A stretch of 64,000 nt of DNA from Eubacteriales bacterium (GCA_045124505.1 JBGVLZ010000090.1:24507-88506), one strand, 5' to 3'; positions 27,483 to 37,736 are shown, counted from the first letter of the stretch. Notes: generated by a model from the letters alone, not told the origin. Numbers and translations are program-made.

Positions 27483-28334
27483 ATGGATAAATTTTGTGAT
27501 CTTCATATACATTCAGTCTTTTCCGACGGAACTTGTAAACCCGAAGAAATAATAGACGAGGCTTTGAAAATGGGGCTTTCAGCCGTAGCACTCACTGACC
27601 ATAATACGGTTGACGGTCTTTACGATTTTACATCTTATGCTTCCGATAAGAATATCGATATTGCACCCGGTGTGGAATTTTCTACAGACTATAACGGGGT
27701 TGAGCTTCATATACTCGGACTTTTCATGAAACAGAAGTATTTTTCCCAAGTAACAGAGCTTATGGAGAAGCTTCACCTTGAAAAGGAAAAAAGCAATATC
27801 CGACTTATAGAGTCTTTGAGGCGTGAAGGTATCATACTCGACTATGATGAAATGAAAAAGTTGACACCCAAAGGAATGATAAACCGTGCTCACGTTGCAG
27901 AGCAGATGATGAAAAAGGGTTATACCTCATCCATCAAGGAAGGGTTTGAAAAATATCTCGGTGTGTCGTGCGGACATTATAAAATTCCCAAAAGACTTAC
28001 CGCTTCGTATACTATTGATTTCATACATTCCGTGGGTGCGGTATCGGTTCTTGCACATCCGTTTTTAAGTCTTAACGAAGACGGCGTTTTACGTTTCTTA
28101 AACTCACCCGACAGCAAAGGACTGAGCGGTATGGAGTGTTATTATTCAACAAATGACGATGAAACGACCGCAAAATCCCTGTGTATAGCCGAAAGATTCA
28201 GTCTTATACCAAGCGGCGGAAGCGATTTTCACGGGGAAAGAAAGCCCGATATAACTCTTGGCACAGGAAAAGGAAATCTTCAAATACCTTATGAATGTTA
28301 TATCAAATTGAAAGAAAAAGCAGATAACTATTGA
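27483..28334 (+). CDS. PHP-domain metal-dependent phosphoesterase (TrpH/YciV family)
   Basis: DLHIHSVFSDG, ALTDHNTVDG, ELHILG, LAHP and GGSDFHG motifs. 283 aa, as in TrpH/YciV. Confidence 0.85.
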   Translation: MDKFCDLHIHSVFSDGTCKPEEIIDEALKMGLSAVALTDHNTVDGLYDFTSYASDKNIDIAPGVEFSTDYNGVELHILGLFMKQKYFSQVTELMEKLHLEKEKSNIRLIESLRREGIILDYDEMKKLTPKGMINRAHVAEQMMKKGYTSSIKEGFEKYLGVSCGHYKIPKRLTASYTIDFIHSVGAVSVLAHPFLSLNEDGVLRFLNSPDSKGLSGMECYYSTNDDETTAKSLCIAERFSLIPSGGSDFHGERKPDITLGTGKGNLQIPYECYIKLKEKADNY

Positions 28335-28603
28335 TATCAGACAAAATGCATAGAACAATGCGGTGTGAAACCGGATGCTAAGATAAATATACCGTTTTTT
28401 TTGAGTGAATAAGAAAGTATACAATATATGCATATTTATTCTACTGTAATGTGTGCGGTATGTTGAATTTTGCCATTTTTATGCTATTAAAACCGCACGT
28501 TTTACAAATTTTGCGTGAATAAATACTCGTAATATGGTAATTTCATAGTTTATTAACACTTTGTAACTTTTGCAAAATTTCATGATAAAAAAGCAAAAAT
28601 CTC

Positions 28604-28632
28604 TTGTAAATTTTTCATAAGTGTGATAATAT
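28604..28632 (+). promoter_or_regulatory. possible extended -10 promoter of the pilus island
   Basis: TTGTAA - 17 nt - (TGa)TAATAT in the 400-bp AT-rich gap. Confidence 0.4.
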
Positions 28633-28729
28633 CACCATTGTGTGGATTTTAAATAAAATTTATTTTTACTGTAAATTAAATCCGCATCTATTTTAAAAAA
28701 CGTTGATTTTCATATATTTCGGGGGAATT

Positions 28730-29161
28730 ATGACAGATAAGCAGCTAAAAAAGCTCACTCGTGGAGAACTATTACAGATGCTTATTGCCCAGACAGAGAA
28801 AAATGATATTTTGACCGAGCAGCTTGAAGAGGCAAGGCGCCAGCTGAAAAACAGAAAAATAATATGCGAAAATGCAGGTTCGCTTGCGGAAGCATCATTA
28901 CAGGTGAGCGGTATTTTCGAATCGGCACAGGAAGCTATCAAAATTTATTACGAGAATATTGAGCGCATGAGTGCGGAATGTGACAGAGAAAAAGCACGCA
29001 TAATCAGCAAGGCGGAAAAAGAAGCGGACGACATAATAAAAGAAGCTGAAAAATACAGCAGTGATGTGCGAAAAGAAGCAGATGATTATTGGAACTATGT
29101 TTACGGAAAAGCACAGGCTGTATTGCAAGATGCATCAAAGTTGAAAGGAAACGATTCATGA
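28730..29161 (+). CDS. coiled-coil protein (uncharacterised), first gene of pilus island
   Basis: Charged heptad-rich 143-aa protein with a GGGGG RBS. Its stop overlaps the next start (ATGA). Confidence 0.6.
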   Translation: MTDKQLKKLTRGELLQMLIAQTEKNDILTEQLEEARRQLKNRKIICENAGSLAEASLQVSGIFESAQEAIKIYYENIERMSAECDREKARIISKAEKEADDIIKEAEKYSSDVRKEADDYWNYVYGKAQAVLQDASKLKGNDS

Positions 29162-29784
29162 ACTTCAACGGACTTCAGATGATGGCTCAGGATTCTGCGA
29201 ACGAAGAGTATGATGAAGATGATTTTCCGAGTGTCGAGCAGCTGCAGACTGAGTTTGAAAGGGTAAGATATAAAAGACGTTATAAGCGTGTTTTGCGCAG
29301 TACCGTGTACATACTTATAGTTGTTGCGGCTGTGGCGGTCCTTGTAGCGACACTGTGGATGCCTGTTCTTCAGATATACGGCTCATCTATGGATCCTACA
29401 CTTGCTGAAGGTGATATAGTAGTATCTGTGAACAGCTCAGCCTTTGAAGCAGGCGATCTTATGGTATTTTATGTCGGAAACAAGATCCTTGTAAAACGGT
29501 ATATAGCAGGTCCCGGACAATGGGTCAATATCGACGATGACGGTAATGTTTACGTTGACGGAAAACTGTTGGATGAGCCATACATTCAGGAAAAGGCACT
29601 TGGCGACTGCAATATAGAATTGCCGTATCAGGTTCCCGAAAATAAAATATTCTGTATGGGTGACCAGCGTGATACTTCGGTAGACTCAAGAAATACCGCC
29701 GTTGGCTGTGTTTCGGAAGAGCAGCTTGTCGGACGTATAATTTTTAGGATCTGGCCGCTTAACAAAATAAGCAGTGTAAAGTAA
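29158..29784 (+). CDS. lepB: signal peptidase I (S26), pilus-island associated
   Basis: YGSSMDPTL (Ser), VKRYIAGPG (Lys) and GDQRDTSVDSR boxes. One TM segment. Confidence 0.9.
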   Translation: MNFNGLQMMAQDSANEEYDEDDFPSVEQLQTEFERVRYKRRYKRVLRSTVYILIVVAAVAVLVATLWMPVLQIYGSSMDPTLAEGDIVVSVNSSAFEAGDLMVFYVGNKILVKRYIAGPGQWVNIDDDGNVYVDGKLLDEPYIQEKALGDCNIELPYQVPENKIFCMGDQRDTSVDSRNTAVGCVSEEQLVGRIIFRIWPLNKISSVK

Positions 29785-29842
29785 TTTTTTCCGCACCGTG
29801 CGGAAGCATCACTTAATAAATAATTCGGAAGGAGGGTATGTG

Positions 29843-32800
29843 ATGAATAATGATATGACATTACAGCAAGTATCGGAATATTCAAAAAGACATAGGCGCA
29901 GAAAACGTTGGCAGAGCGTTGTTACTGTGATGGCGGCTGTTGTCGTGTTCGTCACAACGTATGCCCTTATACTTCCTGCCATAACATTGGTTAATGATCC
30001 CACATGCGGATTTTCAGAGCATGTACATACAGACGAATGCTTTACTGTCGCCGATGACGGCGAAAAGACACTTTTGTGTGAAGTTAAAGAGCATACACAT
30101 CACGAAATTGCATGTTATGCAGATTTTTCAGCCGATGTTGAAACGAAAGAGGATTGGGAAGCAACACTTGAAGATTTGAATCTTATCGGTGAATGGCACA
30201 GAGATGTCCTCGCAATTGCAAAATCACAGCTTGATTATGAAGAAAGCCGTGATAATCTCATTCTTAACGATGAAGGAAAGCTTTCAGGATATACAAGATA
30301 CGGTGAATGGTACGGCAATCCTTACGGTGATTGGTCTGCGATGTTCGCATCGTTCTGCTTGAATTATGCGGGTGTTACAAATATGCCGCTTGACAGCGAC
30401 GTAAACGCTTGGATATCAACACTTTCTGAAGAAAAATATGACTTTTACCGTACAGCGGGCGACCATGTACCGACATGCGGTGAGGTAGTATTCCTTGATA
30501 AGGATAAAGACGGAACACCCGATGAAGCGGGAATAGTTGCACAGATCATCCCCGACATTGACGGTAAAGGTGCAAAGATAAAGGTAATTGAAGGCGATTC
30601 CTCGAATAAAGTTCAGTATGTAATATATGAATATAATTCCGAAATGATAATCGGATATTCGATCTTACCCGACGGTCTGTATAAGGATAAGACGGTTACA
30701 GCGGAAATATTCACCGATTCATCATACGGAAGCATATTAAATGAAAATAATGCAGTAATCACTGTAAGCGGTGTAATGCCGAAGGACGGATATGTGTATG
30801 CATATCCCGTTGAAGATGAAGACGAAAGCACATTGTGCGCTTACGATATAACTGTGTTTGACGGTGACGGTAATGTCTTCCAGCCCCTTGGCGGCGACAG
30901 CCTTAAGGTTTCAATACAGTCCGATGTACTGAAAGAGGAGGCGATCGGTGAAGGGTACCATGCCGAGGCGTTCCACATTCCTGAAGATGGCGAGCCGCAG
31001 AGAATGTTGGCAAAATACATAGAAAGCGGAATAGAGTTTTCAGCAGAGCATTTCTCAACATACGCTGTGCGCGCTGCCAATAAAACATCTGTGAAAAGCA
31101 AAGAAGAGCTTGCCAATGCGATAAACAACGGCAGACAATACATTGAGATAACATCCTCATTTGAAGTCGCAAACAGTTTTACAATAACAAATGGTAAAAA
31201 TATTAAAATAGATCTCAACGGTAACACGCTGAAATATACCGGCGGAAGTGCCATGTTCAGTGTAGGAGATTGGAATTCAAGCGGCACTTTGACGATATGT
31301 GACTCCAAACAGCCCGACGAGACGGTTACAATGGTTAATTCAGAAAAACCGTTATACGGAAATCTTGCAACGCTCTCTGTGTCAGGCAATAATGCCACAT
31401 TGACTTACTATGTTACCGAAACAGCAATAACGAATGCACAGACAGGTGCAACGGTTGAAACGCTGTACAAACACACAATTACGACGACAGGTGCCATTGT
31501 CGGTAACGGACAGCCGATCGTCAGTGTCGGTAAAGGTGAGTTCACGCTTGAAAGCGGTATGCTCAGAAGCGGAACTAACAGAGCCGTATATCACGACTAC
31601 GCTGGCGGTACGACGAATTTGAAGGGCGGATATATCTGCGGTTTTACAAAAGCATTTGACAGTGGATGGTCTAATCAAAATGAGTTCGGCGGTGCTGTTT
31701 TTACTGAATCAGGAACGCTGAATATCTCGGACAATGCAGTTCTTGCAGCAAATAAAGCAGGGAACGGCGGCGCTATCGGTGTAATAAATCAATCTACGCT
31801 GAAAATGAGCGGCGGTATCATAAGCGGAAACATTGCTCAGTCAAACAACGGTGACGGAAGCGGCGGTGGAGGAATTTGCACACAAGGCGCAACAGTGAAC
31901 ATAACAGGCGGTTACATAACGAATAATGTTGCAACCGGAAGTGAATATCTTACAGGCGGCGGCGGTATCTTTCTAAGGGGCTCGGAATGTAAGTTCGAGA
32001 TCTCGGGCGGTTATGTAACGGCAAATAAAGCCAATGGTGGCGGCGGATTGAAAACAAAATCCGGTGATTATGCAAGTTTCACAATGACAGGCGGCTTTTT
32101 CTCCGGTAACATGGCTACAGCTTGCGAGGGCGGCGGTGTTGCTATTGAATATAACGGAAGAGGCAATCTTTCGGGCGGTTACATAACGAACAATATTATC
32201 GAAAAAACAGAACACTGGGGCGGCGGAGGCTTCTTCTGCGCCGACCAAGCGGTTATCTATATGACCAACCTCCTTGTCACAGAAAATACAGCAGGAGGCT
32301 TTGGCGGCGGTATTTCAGGCTGTCCTACAGGTAAATTGACACTTTATATTGACAGTGGATGTGCCGTATTCGATAACGATGATATTGTATACGACGGTGA
32401 GGTAAACTGGGTTTCCGGCGGTACAAAGGACGGTAAGGACTTTGAAAAATGTAAAGAAGTTTTCCAAAGCCACGGACATGCGGACTATTTCTGTGCGAAC
32501 CAGAGTACGATTTTCGGAACGATGCTCGGTAAAGGCTCAGCCGAATGGGAGGGAAGCGCCGACGGTGTTCCCGTAACTGCAGGCAAGGGAGACATAGTCA
32601 CCGCAAACAATGTAATGGGACTTCAGTCGCATGCGAGCGAAGAGGATAAACAAAACGCCATGGCTCTGTCGAAGCTGTATATAAACGGCAACCACTCCGA
32701 CACGCACGGCGGCGGAATAATGTGTAATGGATCGCTCGTCATTGGTGAAGCGGTAGACTTTGAAGTTTCCACCCAAGCACAGATCCAAGCACAAAAGGTT

Positions 32801-34204
32801 CTTTATAAAGGCGGAACCAATGTGGAACTCCCCCTTGATAATTATGACTTCAAATTCCAGCTTATACAGGGATATCTCAATGGAGAGGTTATTGAGATTT
32901 CAAAGGCTGATAAGGACGGTGTGATATCGTTCATCAACGGAATGAAGTTCTCCGAAAAGGGCACTTACGTGTATTATATAAAGGAAGTTCCGGACGATAA
33001 AACGAACACGATACTGTTTGATAATTCGATATACGAAGTGAAGTTTACCGTAAACCGTGACAACGGTACGGAATTCAACGGCAAGATTAAGTATGTATAT
33101 CAGATCACAAGCATGTCGATCAATAAAAGTACTGACGGCGGCAATACATGGTCAAATGTTAGTCAGACTTCAACTCCGCAGGGTGAATCTGTCATAATTC
33201 CTCTTGCAAAGGGAAATGCTTTTGTAAACCGCACAATGGAATTTACAAAGCTGACTGTTAAAAAGGAATGGGACGGCGGTGTTGTTGGTGCAAATTCAGT
33301 CACGGTTTTGCTCAAGCAAAACGGTGTTGAATATAACAGAGTGACACTTAATGCTTCGAATGGCTGGTCATATACGTGGAATAATCTCCCGGCTGGATAC
33401 AGCTACACTGTTGAAGAGCTTCCCGTTGCAGGCTACAAGCCAAGCTATAATGTAGTGCCGGGCAAAACTTCAATTGTACAAAAGCAGCTGGAGAAAGGAA
33501 CGTATTGGGTTCCTGCAACGTCTATCAAAGCAAATACAAAATATATTATCGTAAGTCCTGACGGTAAAAAGGCACTGTGCGTTACAAGTGATCATGTGGA
33601 TTCGGCGTTTACATCGGATGATACAGCAAATATTAGCGCACAGCTCAGTCAGATATCACTCAATGGTACTAAATATGATGTTTGGATGAACAATATAACT
33701 ATTCCAAAAGGAGCCATATTTACACCTCAAAGCAGACCTAATAACGGCGGTTTTGCTTTAAAGAGTGACATCGGAGATTCATGGCTGCTTGCACAGACAG
33801 CGGGCGGAAATGATCTTAAAGGTACAACCGGTATTGACTGGTCCTCGCTTGTTTCTTATAAAAACGGAATTTTGAGGCTGAATTACGAGTTTGCTAATAC
33901 AGAAACTGATTTGCGTACCGTCGTATTTGAAAGCGGAAAATTCAATACGGTCAAAGCGGATTCGCCGGTAAATGCGGCATTCCTTTTAACACAAGTAAGC
34001 GGTAGCCCGACAGTATCCGAAACTATTCTTGAGGACGCAACGATAGTTATCACAAACACAGGTACCCCCGGATATAAGTTACCTGAAACGGGCGGGGCCG
34101 GTACATTTATGTATATTGCGGCAGGCATGGCGCTCATAACGCTTGGAGCCTACCTTGCATATAAGAAATTAAAAGGCGGGAAGGAGGACAGCGCATCCTT
34201 CTGA
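29843..34204 (+). CDS. LPXTG-anchored giant surface protein / putative pilus tip adhesin
   Basis: GGAAGGAGGG RBS and an N-terminal TM/signal segment. It has a CHAP-like region, a Gly-rich beta-helix with GGAI/GGGI (Pmp-like) repeats, and Cna-B/prealbumin-like domains (VTVKKEWDG...NGWSYTWNNLPAGYSYTVEELPVAGY). The C-terminus is LPETGG plus a TM segment plus KKLKGGK. Confidence 0.85.
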   Translation: MNNDMTLQQVSEYSKRHRRRKRWQSVVTVMAAVVVFVTTYALILPAITLVNDPTCGFSEHVHTDECFTVADDGEKTLLCEVKEHTHHEIACYADFSADVETKEDWEATLEDLNLIGEWHRDVLAIAKSQLDYEESRDNLILNDEGKLSGYTRYGEWYGNPYGDWSAMFASFCLNYAGVTNMPLDSDVNAWISTLSEEKYDFYRTAGDHVPTCGEVVFLDKDKDGTPDEAGIVAQIIPDIDGKGAKIKVIEGDSSNKVQYVIYEYNSEMIIGYSILPDGLYKDKTVTAEIFTDSSYGSILNENNAVITVSGVMPKDGYVYAYPVEDEDESTLCAYDITVFDGDGNVFQPLGGDSLKVSIQSDVLKEEAIGEGYHAEAFHIPEDGEPQRMLAKYIESGIEFSAEHFSTYAVRAANKTSVKSKEELANAINNGRQYIEITSSFEVANSFTITNGKNIKIDLNGNTLKYTGGSAMFSVGDWNSSGTLTICDSKQPDETVTMVNSEKPLYGNLATLSVSGNNATLTYYVTETAITNAQTGATVETLYKHTITTTGAIVGNGQPIVSVGKGEFTLESGMLRSGTNRAVYHDYAGGTTNLKGGYICGFTKAFDSGWSNQNEFGGAVFTESGTLNISDNAVLAANKAGNGGAIGVINQSTLKMSGGIISGNIAQSNNGDGSGGGGICTQGATVNITGGYITNNVATGSEYLTGGGGIFLRGSECKFEISGGYVTANKANGGGGLKTKSGDYASFTMTGGFFSGNMATACEGGGVAIEYNGRGNLSGGYITNNIIEKTEHWGGGGFFCADQAVIYMTNLLVTENTAGGFGGGISGCPTGKLTLYIDSGCAVFDNDDIVYDGEVNWVSGGTKDGKDFEKCKEVFQSHGHADYFCANQSTIFGTMLGKGSAEWEGSADGVPVTAGKGDIVTANNVMGLQSHASEEDKQNAMALSKLYINGNHSDTHGGGIMCNGSLVIGEAVDFEVSTQAQIQAQKVLYKGGTNVELPLDNYDFKFQLIQGYLNGEVIEISKADKDGVISFINGMKFSEKGTYVYYIKEVPDDKTNTILFDNSIYEVKFTVNRDNGTEFNGKIKYVYQITSMSINKSTDGGNTWSNVSQTSTPQGESVIIPLAKGNAFVNRTMEFTKLTVKKEWDGGVVGANSVTVLLKQNGVEYNRVTLNASNGWSYTWNNLPAGYSYTVEELPVAGYKPSYNVVPGKTSIVQKQLEKGTYWVPATSIKANTKYIIVSPDGKKALCVTSDHVDSAFTSDDTANISAQLSQISLNGTKYDVWMNNITIPKGAIFTPQSRPNNGGFALKSDIGDSWLLAQTAGGNDLKGTTGIDWSSLVSYKNGILRLNYEFANTETDLRTVVFESGKFNTVKADSPVNAAFLLTQVSGSPTVSETILEDATIVITNTGTPGYKLPETGGAGTFMYIAAGMALITLGAYLAYKKLKGGKEDSASF

Positions 34205-34257
34205 TGCCCAAACATTTTAAATCAATAAAGTACAAATTTTCGAAAGGAAAAAACAAA

Positions 34258-35925
34258 ATGAAAAACATGAAGAAACTCAGCGCAATCGTTCTTTCGGTTG
34301 TAATGATCCTTACAATGTCGCTCTCGACATTTGCATTTGACATTACTCTTGAAAGTGCCACACAGACTCCCACAAAAGATCACACATACGATATCTATCA
34401 GATATTCACAGGTGATCTCGAAGCAGGTGTTCTTGCAAACATCAAGTACGGTGCAAACTACGGTGCAACAGGCACAGCTGTTCCCAAGAGCGAACTTGAT
34501 GCTATCACAGATGCACGTGCATTCGCAAAGAAGCTTGTAAACGAAGAATTGCTTAATGGCGATGCTGTTGCAACTCTTAACGAAGCAAACAACTGGGCTG
34601 CAAAGGATCTTGCAGCAGGTTATTACCTCATCGTTGAAAAGACAACACAGGAAAACCTTCCCGAAGGCGAAACACTTTCCGCTTACATAGTTCAGGTAAA
34701 AGACGATGTTGTTATGAGCCCTAAGTCCGGTATAACATCCATCGATAAGATCATCTCTGACGATGACAACCAGATTCCCAACATTCTTGATATCACAGCT
34801 GACGGTAAATTCGACAACGTAAGTATCGGTTCAAATGTTGAATTTACACTTACAGCTCCCATCGTATCTAACGCTGATGATTTCGATTTCTGCTACTTCA
34901 TCATCAACGATACTATCTGCGAAGGCTTTACATTCAACAATGATATCACAGTAACTATCGGCGGACATCCTGTTACAGAAGGCGTTGATTACACAGTATT
35001 CACAGGCGCAGAAGCTGACGGCTGCACATTCCGCGTTGCACTTCTCAACGCAAAGGATTATCCCGGCGAAGAAGTTGTTGTTAAGTACACAGCACTTCTT
35101 AACGATAAGGCAGTTATAGGCGAACTTAAGGGTAACCCCAACAAGGCAAACCTTACATATTCCAACAATCCCGAATTTGATTACGAAGGCACACATGAAG
35201 ACGGTAAGCCCAAGGAAGAATTCGAAGGCGGCAACAAGAAGCTTCCTCTCGGTGTAACAGTTGATATCTGGACACGTACATATACAACAGGTATCAAGGT
35301 AGTTAAGGTTGACGAAAACGGCAACGCACTTCCCGGCGCATCCTTCAAACTCGAAGGTAAAAACGTTGTAGGCGTTCTTGTTAAGCGCGAAGTATTTACA
35401 GAAGCTGAAAACGGTGAATACTGGCTTTTGAAAAACGGCTTCTATACAAAAGATGATCCTGCTACAGAAGGAATGGATACATCATTGTATGCAGACGTAA
35501 ACAAGAAGTACACTAAGACAATCGAAATAGTTCAGGATACAAACGTAACTGACATGCTTGTTGAAGGTCAGGTTGGCGCAAACGGCGTTATCATCTTTGA
35601 CGGTCTTGGTGAAGGCACATTCACTATCACGGAAACAGTTACACCTGCAGGTTATAACACTATCGCTCCTTTCGACGTTGTTATCGAATGGGATGCACCT
35701 GTTGCAGGCTCCATCGACTGTGATTGGACAGTAACAGTAGCTGATAAGGCGATCGACGTTAACGAAGAAGGCGTATTTGAATTTGAAGTAGTAAACCACT
35801 CCGGTATTGAACTTCCTGACACAGGTGGTATCGGTACAACTATATTCTATGTTGTAGGTGCTGCTTTGGTAGTATTTGCTGTAGTAATTCTCGTTACGAG
35901 AAAGCGCATGAGCAAGGATAACTGA
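34258..35925 (+). CDS. major pilin (backbone) subunit, LPXTG
   Basis: Signal peptide; pilin-motif-like VVMSPKS; E-box FTITETVTPAGYN; LPDTGG plus a TM segment plus RKRM. Confidence 0.85.
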   Translation: MKNMKKLSAIVLSVVMILTMSLSTFAFDITLESATQTPTKDHTYDIYQIFTGDLEAGVLANIKYGANYGATGTAVPKSELDAITDARAFAKKLVNEELLNGDAVATLNEANNWAAKDLAAGYYLIVEKTTQENLPEGETLSAYIVQVKDDVVMSPKSGITSIDKIISDDDNQIPNILDITADGKFDNVSIGSNVEFTLTAPIVSNADDFDFCYFIINDTICEGFTFNNDITVTIGGHPVTEGVDYTVFTGAEADGCTFRVALLNAKDYPGEEVVVKYTALLNDKAVIGELKGNPNKANLTYSNNPEFDYEGTHEDGKPKEEFEGGNKKLPLGVTVDIWTRTYTTGIKVVKVDENGNALPGASFKLEGKNVVGVLVKREVFTEAENGEYWLLKNGFYTKDDPATEGMDTSLYADVNKKYTKTIEIVQDTNVTDMLVEGQVGANGVIIFDGLGEGTFTITETVTPAGYNTIAPFDVVIEWDAPVAGSIDCDWTVTVADKAIDVNEEGVFEFEVVNHSGIELPDTGGIGTTIFYVVGAALVVFAVVILVTRKRMSKDN

Positions 35926-35998
35926 TCGTAATTTATACAAACCGTTTGTATCCGTCTTGGAAAAACCGAGGCGGATACAGCGGTAAGGAGAACCCTTC

Positions 35999-36853
35999 AT
36001 GAAGAAAAAAAATAATCGATTGACAACAATTCTCTTGATAATTATCTTTATTGCAGGGCTGTCCTTACTGCTGTATCCGAGCATAAGCGACTATTGGAAT
36101 TCGTTTACGCAATCTAAGGCTATTGCAAGTTATGTGCAGAACGTATCTGACTTGAATAAGGAAAATTATGATGCTATCATAAATGATGCTTTGAAATATA
36201 ATGCTTCTTTGAAAAGCCGATATAACAGTTATGTACTCAGCGAACAGCAGCAAAAGGAATACACAAGCCTTTTGAATGTATCGGGCGACGGTGTTATGGC
36301 GTATGTCGATATACCTACTATAAAAGTAACTCTCCCGATTTATCACGGCACATCAGAGGAAGTGCTCCAGACAACTGTGGGACACCTTGAATGGACGAGT
36401 CTTCCTGTGGGCGGTATAGATTCACACTGTGTTATTTCAGGGCACAGAGGACTTCCGAGTGCAAAGCTTTTTACAGACCTCGATAAGCTTATTGAGGGTG
36501 ATATATTTATGATACGTGTGCTCGACGAAGTGCTTACTTATGAAATTGATAAAATACGTATCGTTGAACCTACAGAAACGAATGATTTGAAAATAGTAGC
36601 AGGGGAAGACCTTTGCACACTTGTCACCTGTACACCGTACGGTGTAAATTCACACCGTCTGCTTGTAAGAGGACATAGGATCGAAAATATTGAAGAATCC
36701 GAGGTAGCACGTGTTGTGGCTGATGCCATGCAGATCAAACCGCTTGTTGTGGCACCTGTTTTGGCAATGCCGGTGTTGCTTGTGCTTCTTATAATACTCA
36801 TGGTGCCGAAGAAAAATAAAAATGGAAACGGAGATGATACCGATGATGAATAA
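35999..36853 (+). CDS. srtC: class C (pilin-polymerising) sortase
   Basis: VISGHRG (His), TLVTCTPYGVNSHRLLVRG (TLxTC plus Arg), and N- and C-terminal TM segments. Confidence 0.9.
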   Translation: MKKKNNRLTTILLIIIFIAGLSLLLYPSISDYWNSFTQSKAIASYVQNVSDLNKENYDAIINDALKYNASLKSRYNSYVLSEQQQKEYTSLLNVSGDGVMAYVDIPTIKVTLPIYHGTSEEVLQTTVGHLEWTSLPVGGIDSHCVISGHRGLPSAKLFTDLDKLIEGDIFMIRVLDEVLTYEIDKIRIVEPTETNDLKIVAGEDLCTLVTCTPYGVNSHRLLVRGHRIENIEESEVARVVADAMQIKPLVVAPVLAMPVLLVLLIILMVPKKNKNGNGDDTDDE

Positions 36854-37736
36854 AAAAACGGTCGGCGTTTTGCTTGCTGTGATAATGCTTACAGCGTCGC
36901 TTTTTACTGTTTTTACGTCGGCATTCACTGTTGATCTTAACCGCGGAGTCAGCCTTGAAGTAACTGATCTGCCGTTTGCGGGAATGACATTCAACGCATA
37001 TCTCGTGGCAGAGTTTAACGAATACGGCGGATTGACTCCGAGCAGTAGTTTTCCGTCATTTAATTCAAAACTGAATAGCAGTACAGATTATCCTGCGCTT
37101 TACGATACACTTCTGAAGGAAATATTTGCAAGATCAATTACGCCCGATGCGATAGCATCAAGTGATGAATACGGTAATGCATTGTTTAATTCGTTGGATC
37201 TTAAGCACGGCTTGTATTTTGTCACAGGTGATAAATTTGTAAGGGACGGAAATGTATACAGCATGGCTCCGTTTTTGACAACGCTTCCGTTTGAATATGA
37301 TGACGGCATCAGTTACGAAGTCGTCGCAAGTGCAAAATTTGATATTTTACCCTTGGTTGATAATTATACAGTATGTAAAGTCTGGGATGACGAAGGTGCC
37401 GAGGAAAAACGACCGTCTAAAATAGATGTTGTTCTGTATTGCGACGGCAGTGTGTACGACGAAATTTCTCTTCCGCACGACGGAAGCTGGGAATATGAAT
37501 GGAAAGAACTTCCGTCCGACCATACATGGTGGATAGAAGAAAAAGAGATCAAAGATTATAAAAGCGTTATAACACATAACGGAACAGCATTTGTGATCAA
37601 AAACACATTTACAGGTACCGTACCGCCTGTGGTGGACATACCTTCAACAGGACAGCTTTGGTGGCCTGTTCCGATTTTGCTTTGCATCGGTTCTTTCTTT
37701 GTTATTCTCGGTCTTATAAGACGTAAAAAAGCATAA
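36843..37736 (+). CDS. minor/basal pilin with Cna-B domain, IPSTG sorting signal
   Basis: Signal peptide; Cna-B block (VCKVWDDEGAEEKRPSKIDVVLYCDG...WEYEWKELP); IPSTGQ plus a TM segment plus RRKKA. The start is ambiguous among clustered Met codons 36822-36846. Confidence 0.75.
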   Translation: MMNKKTVGVLLAVIMLTASLFTVFTSAFTVDLNRGVSLEVTDLPFAGMTFNAYLVAEFNEYGGLTPSSSFPSFNSKLNSSTDYPALYDTLLKEIFARSITPDAIASSDEYGNALFNSLDLKHGLYFVTGDKFVRDGNVYSMAPFLTTLPFEYDDGISYEVVASAKFDILPLVDNYTVCKVWDDEGAEEKRPSKIDVVLYCDGSVYDEISLPHDGSWEYEWKELPSDHTWWIEEKEIKDYKSVITHNGTAFVIKNTFTGTVPPVVDIPSTGQLWWPVPILLCIGSFFVILGLIRRKKA

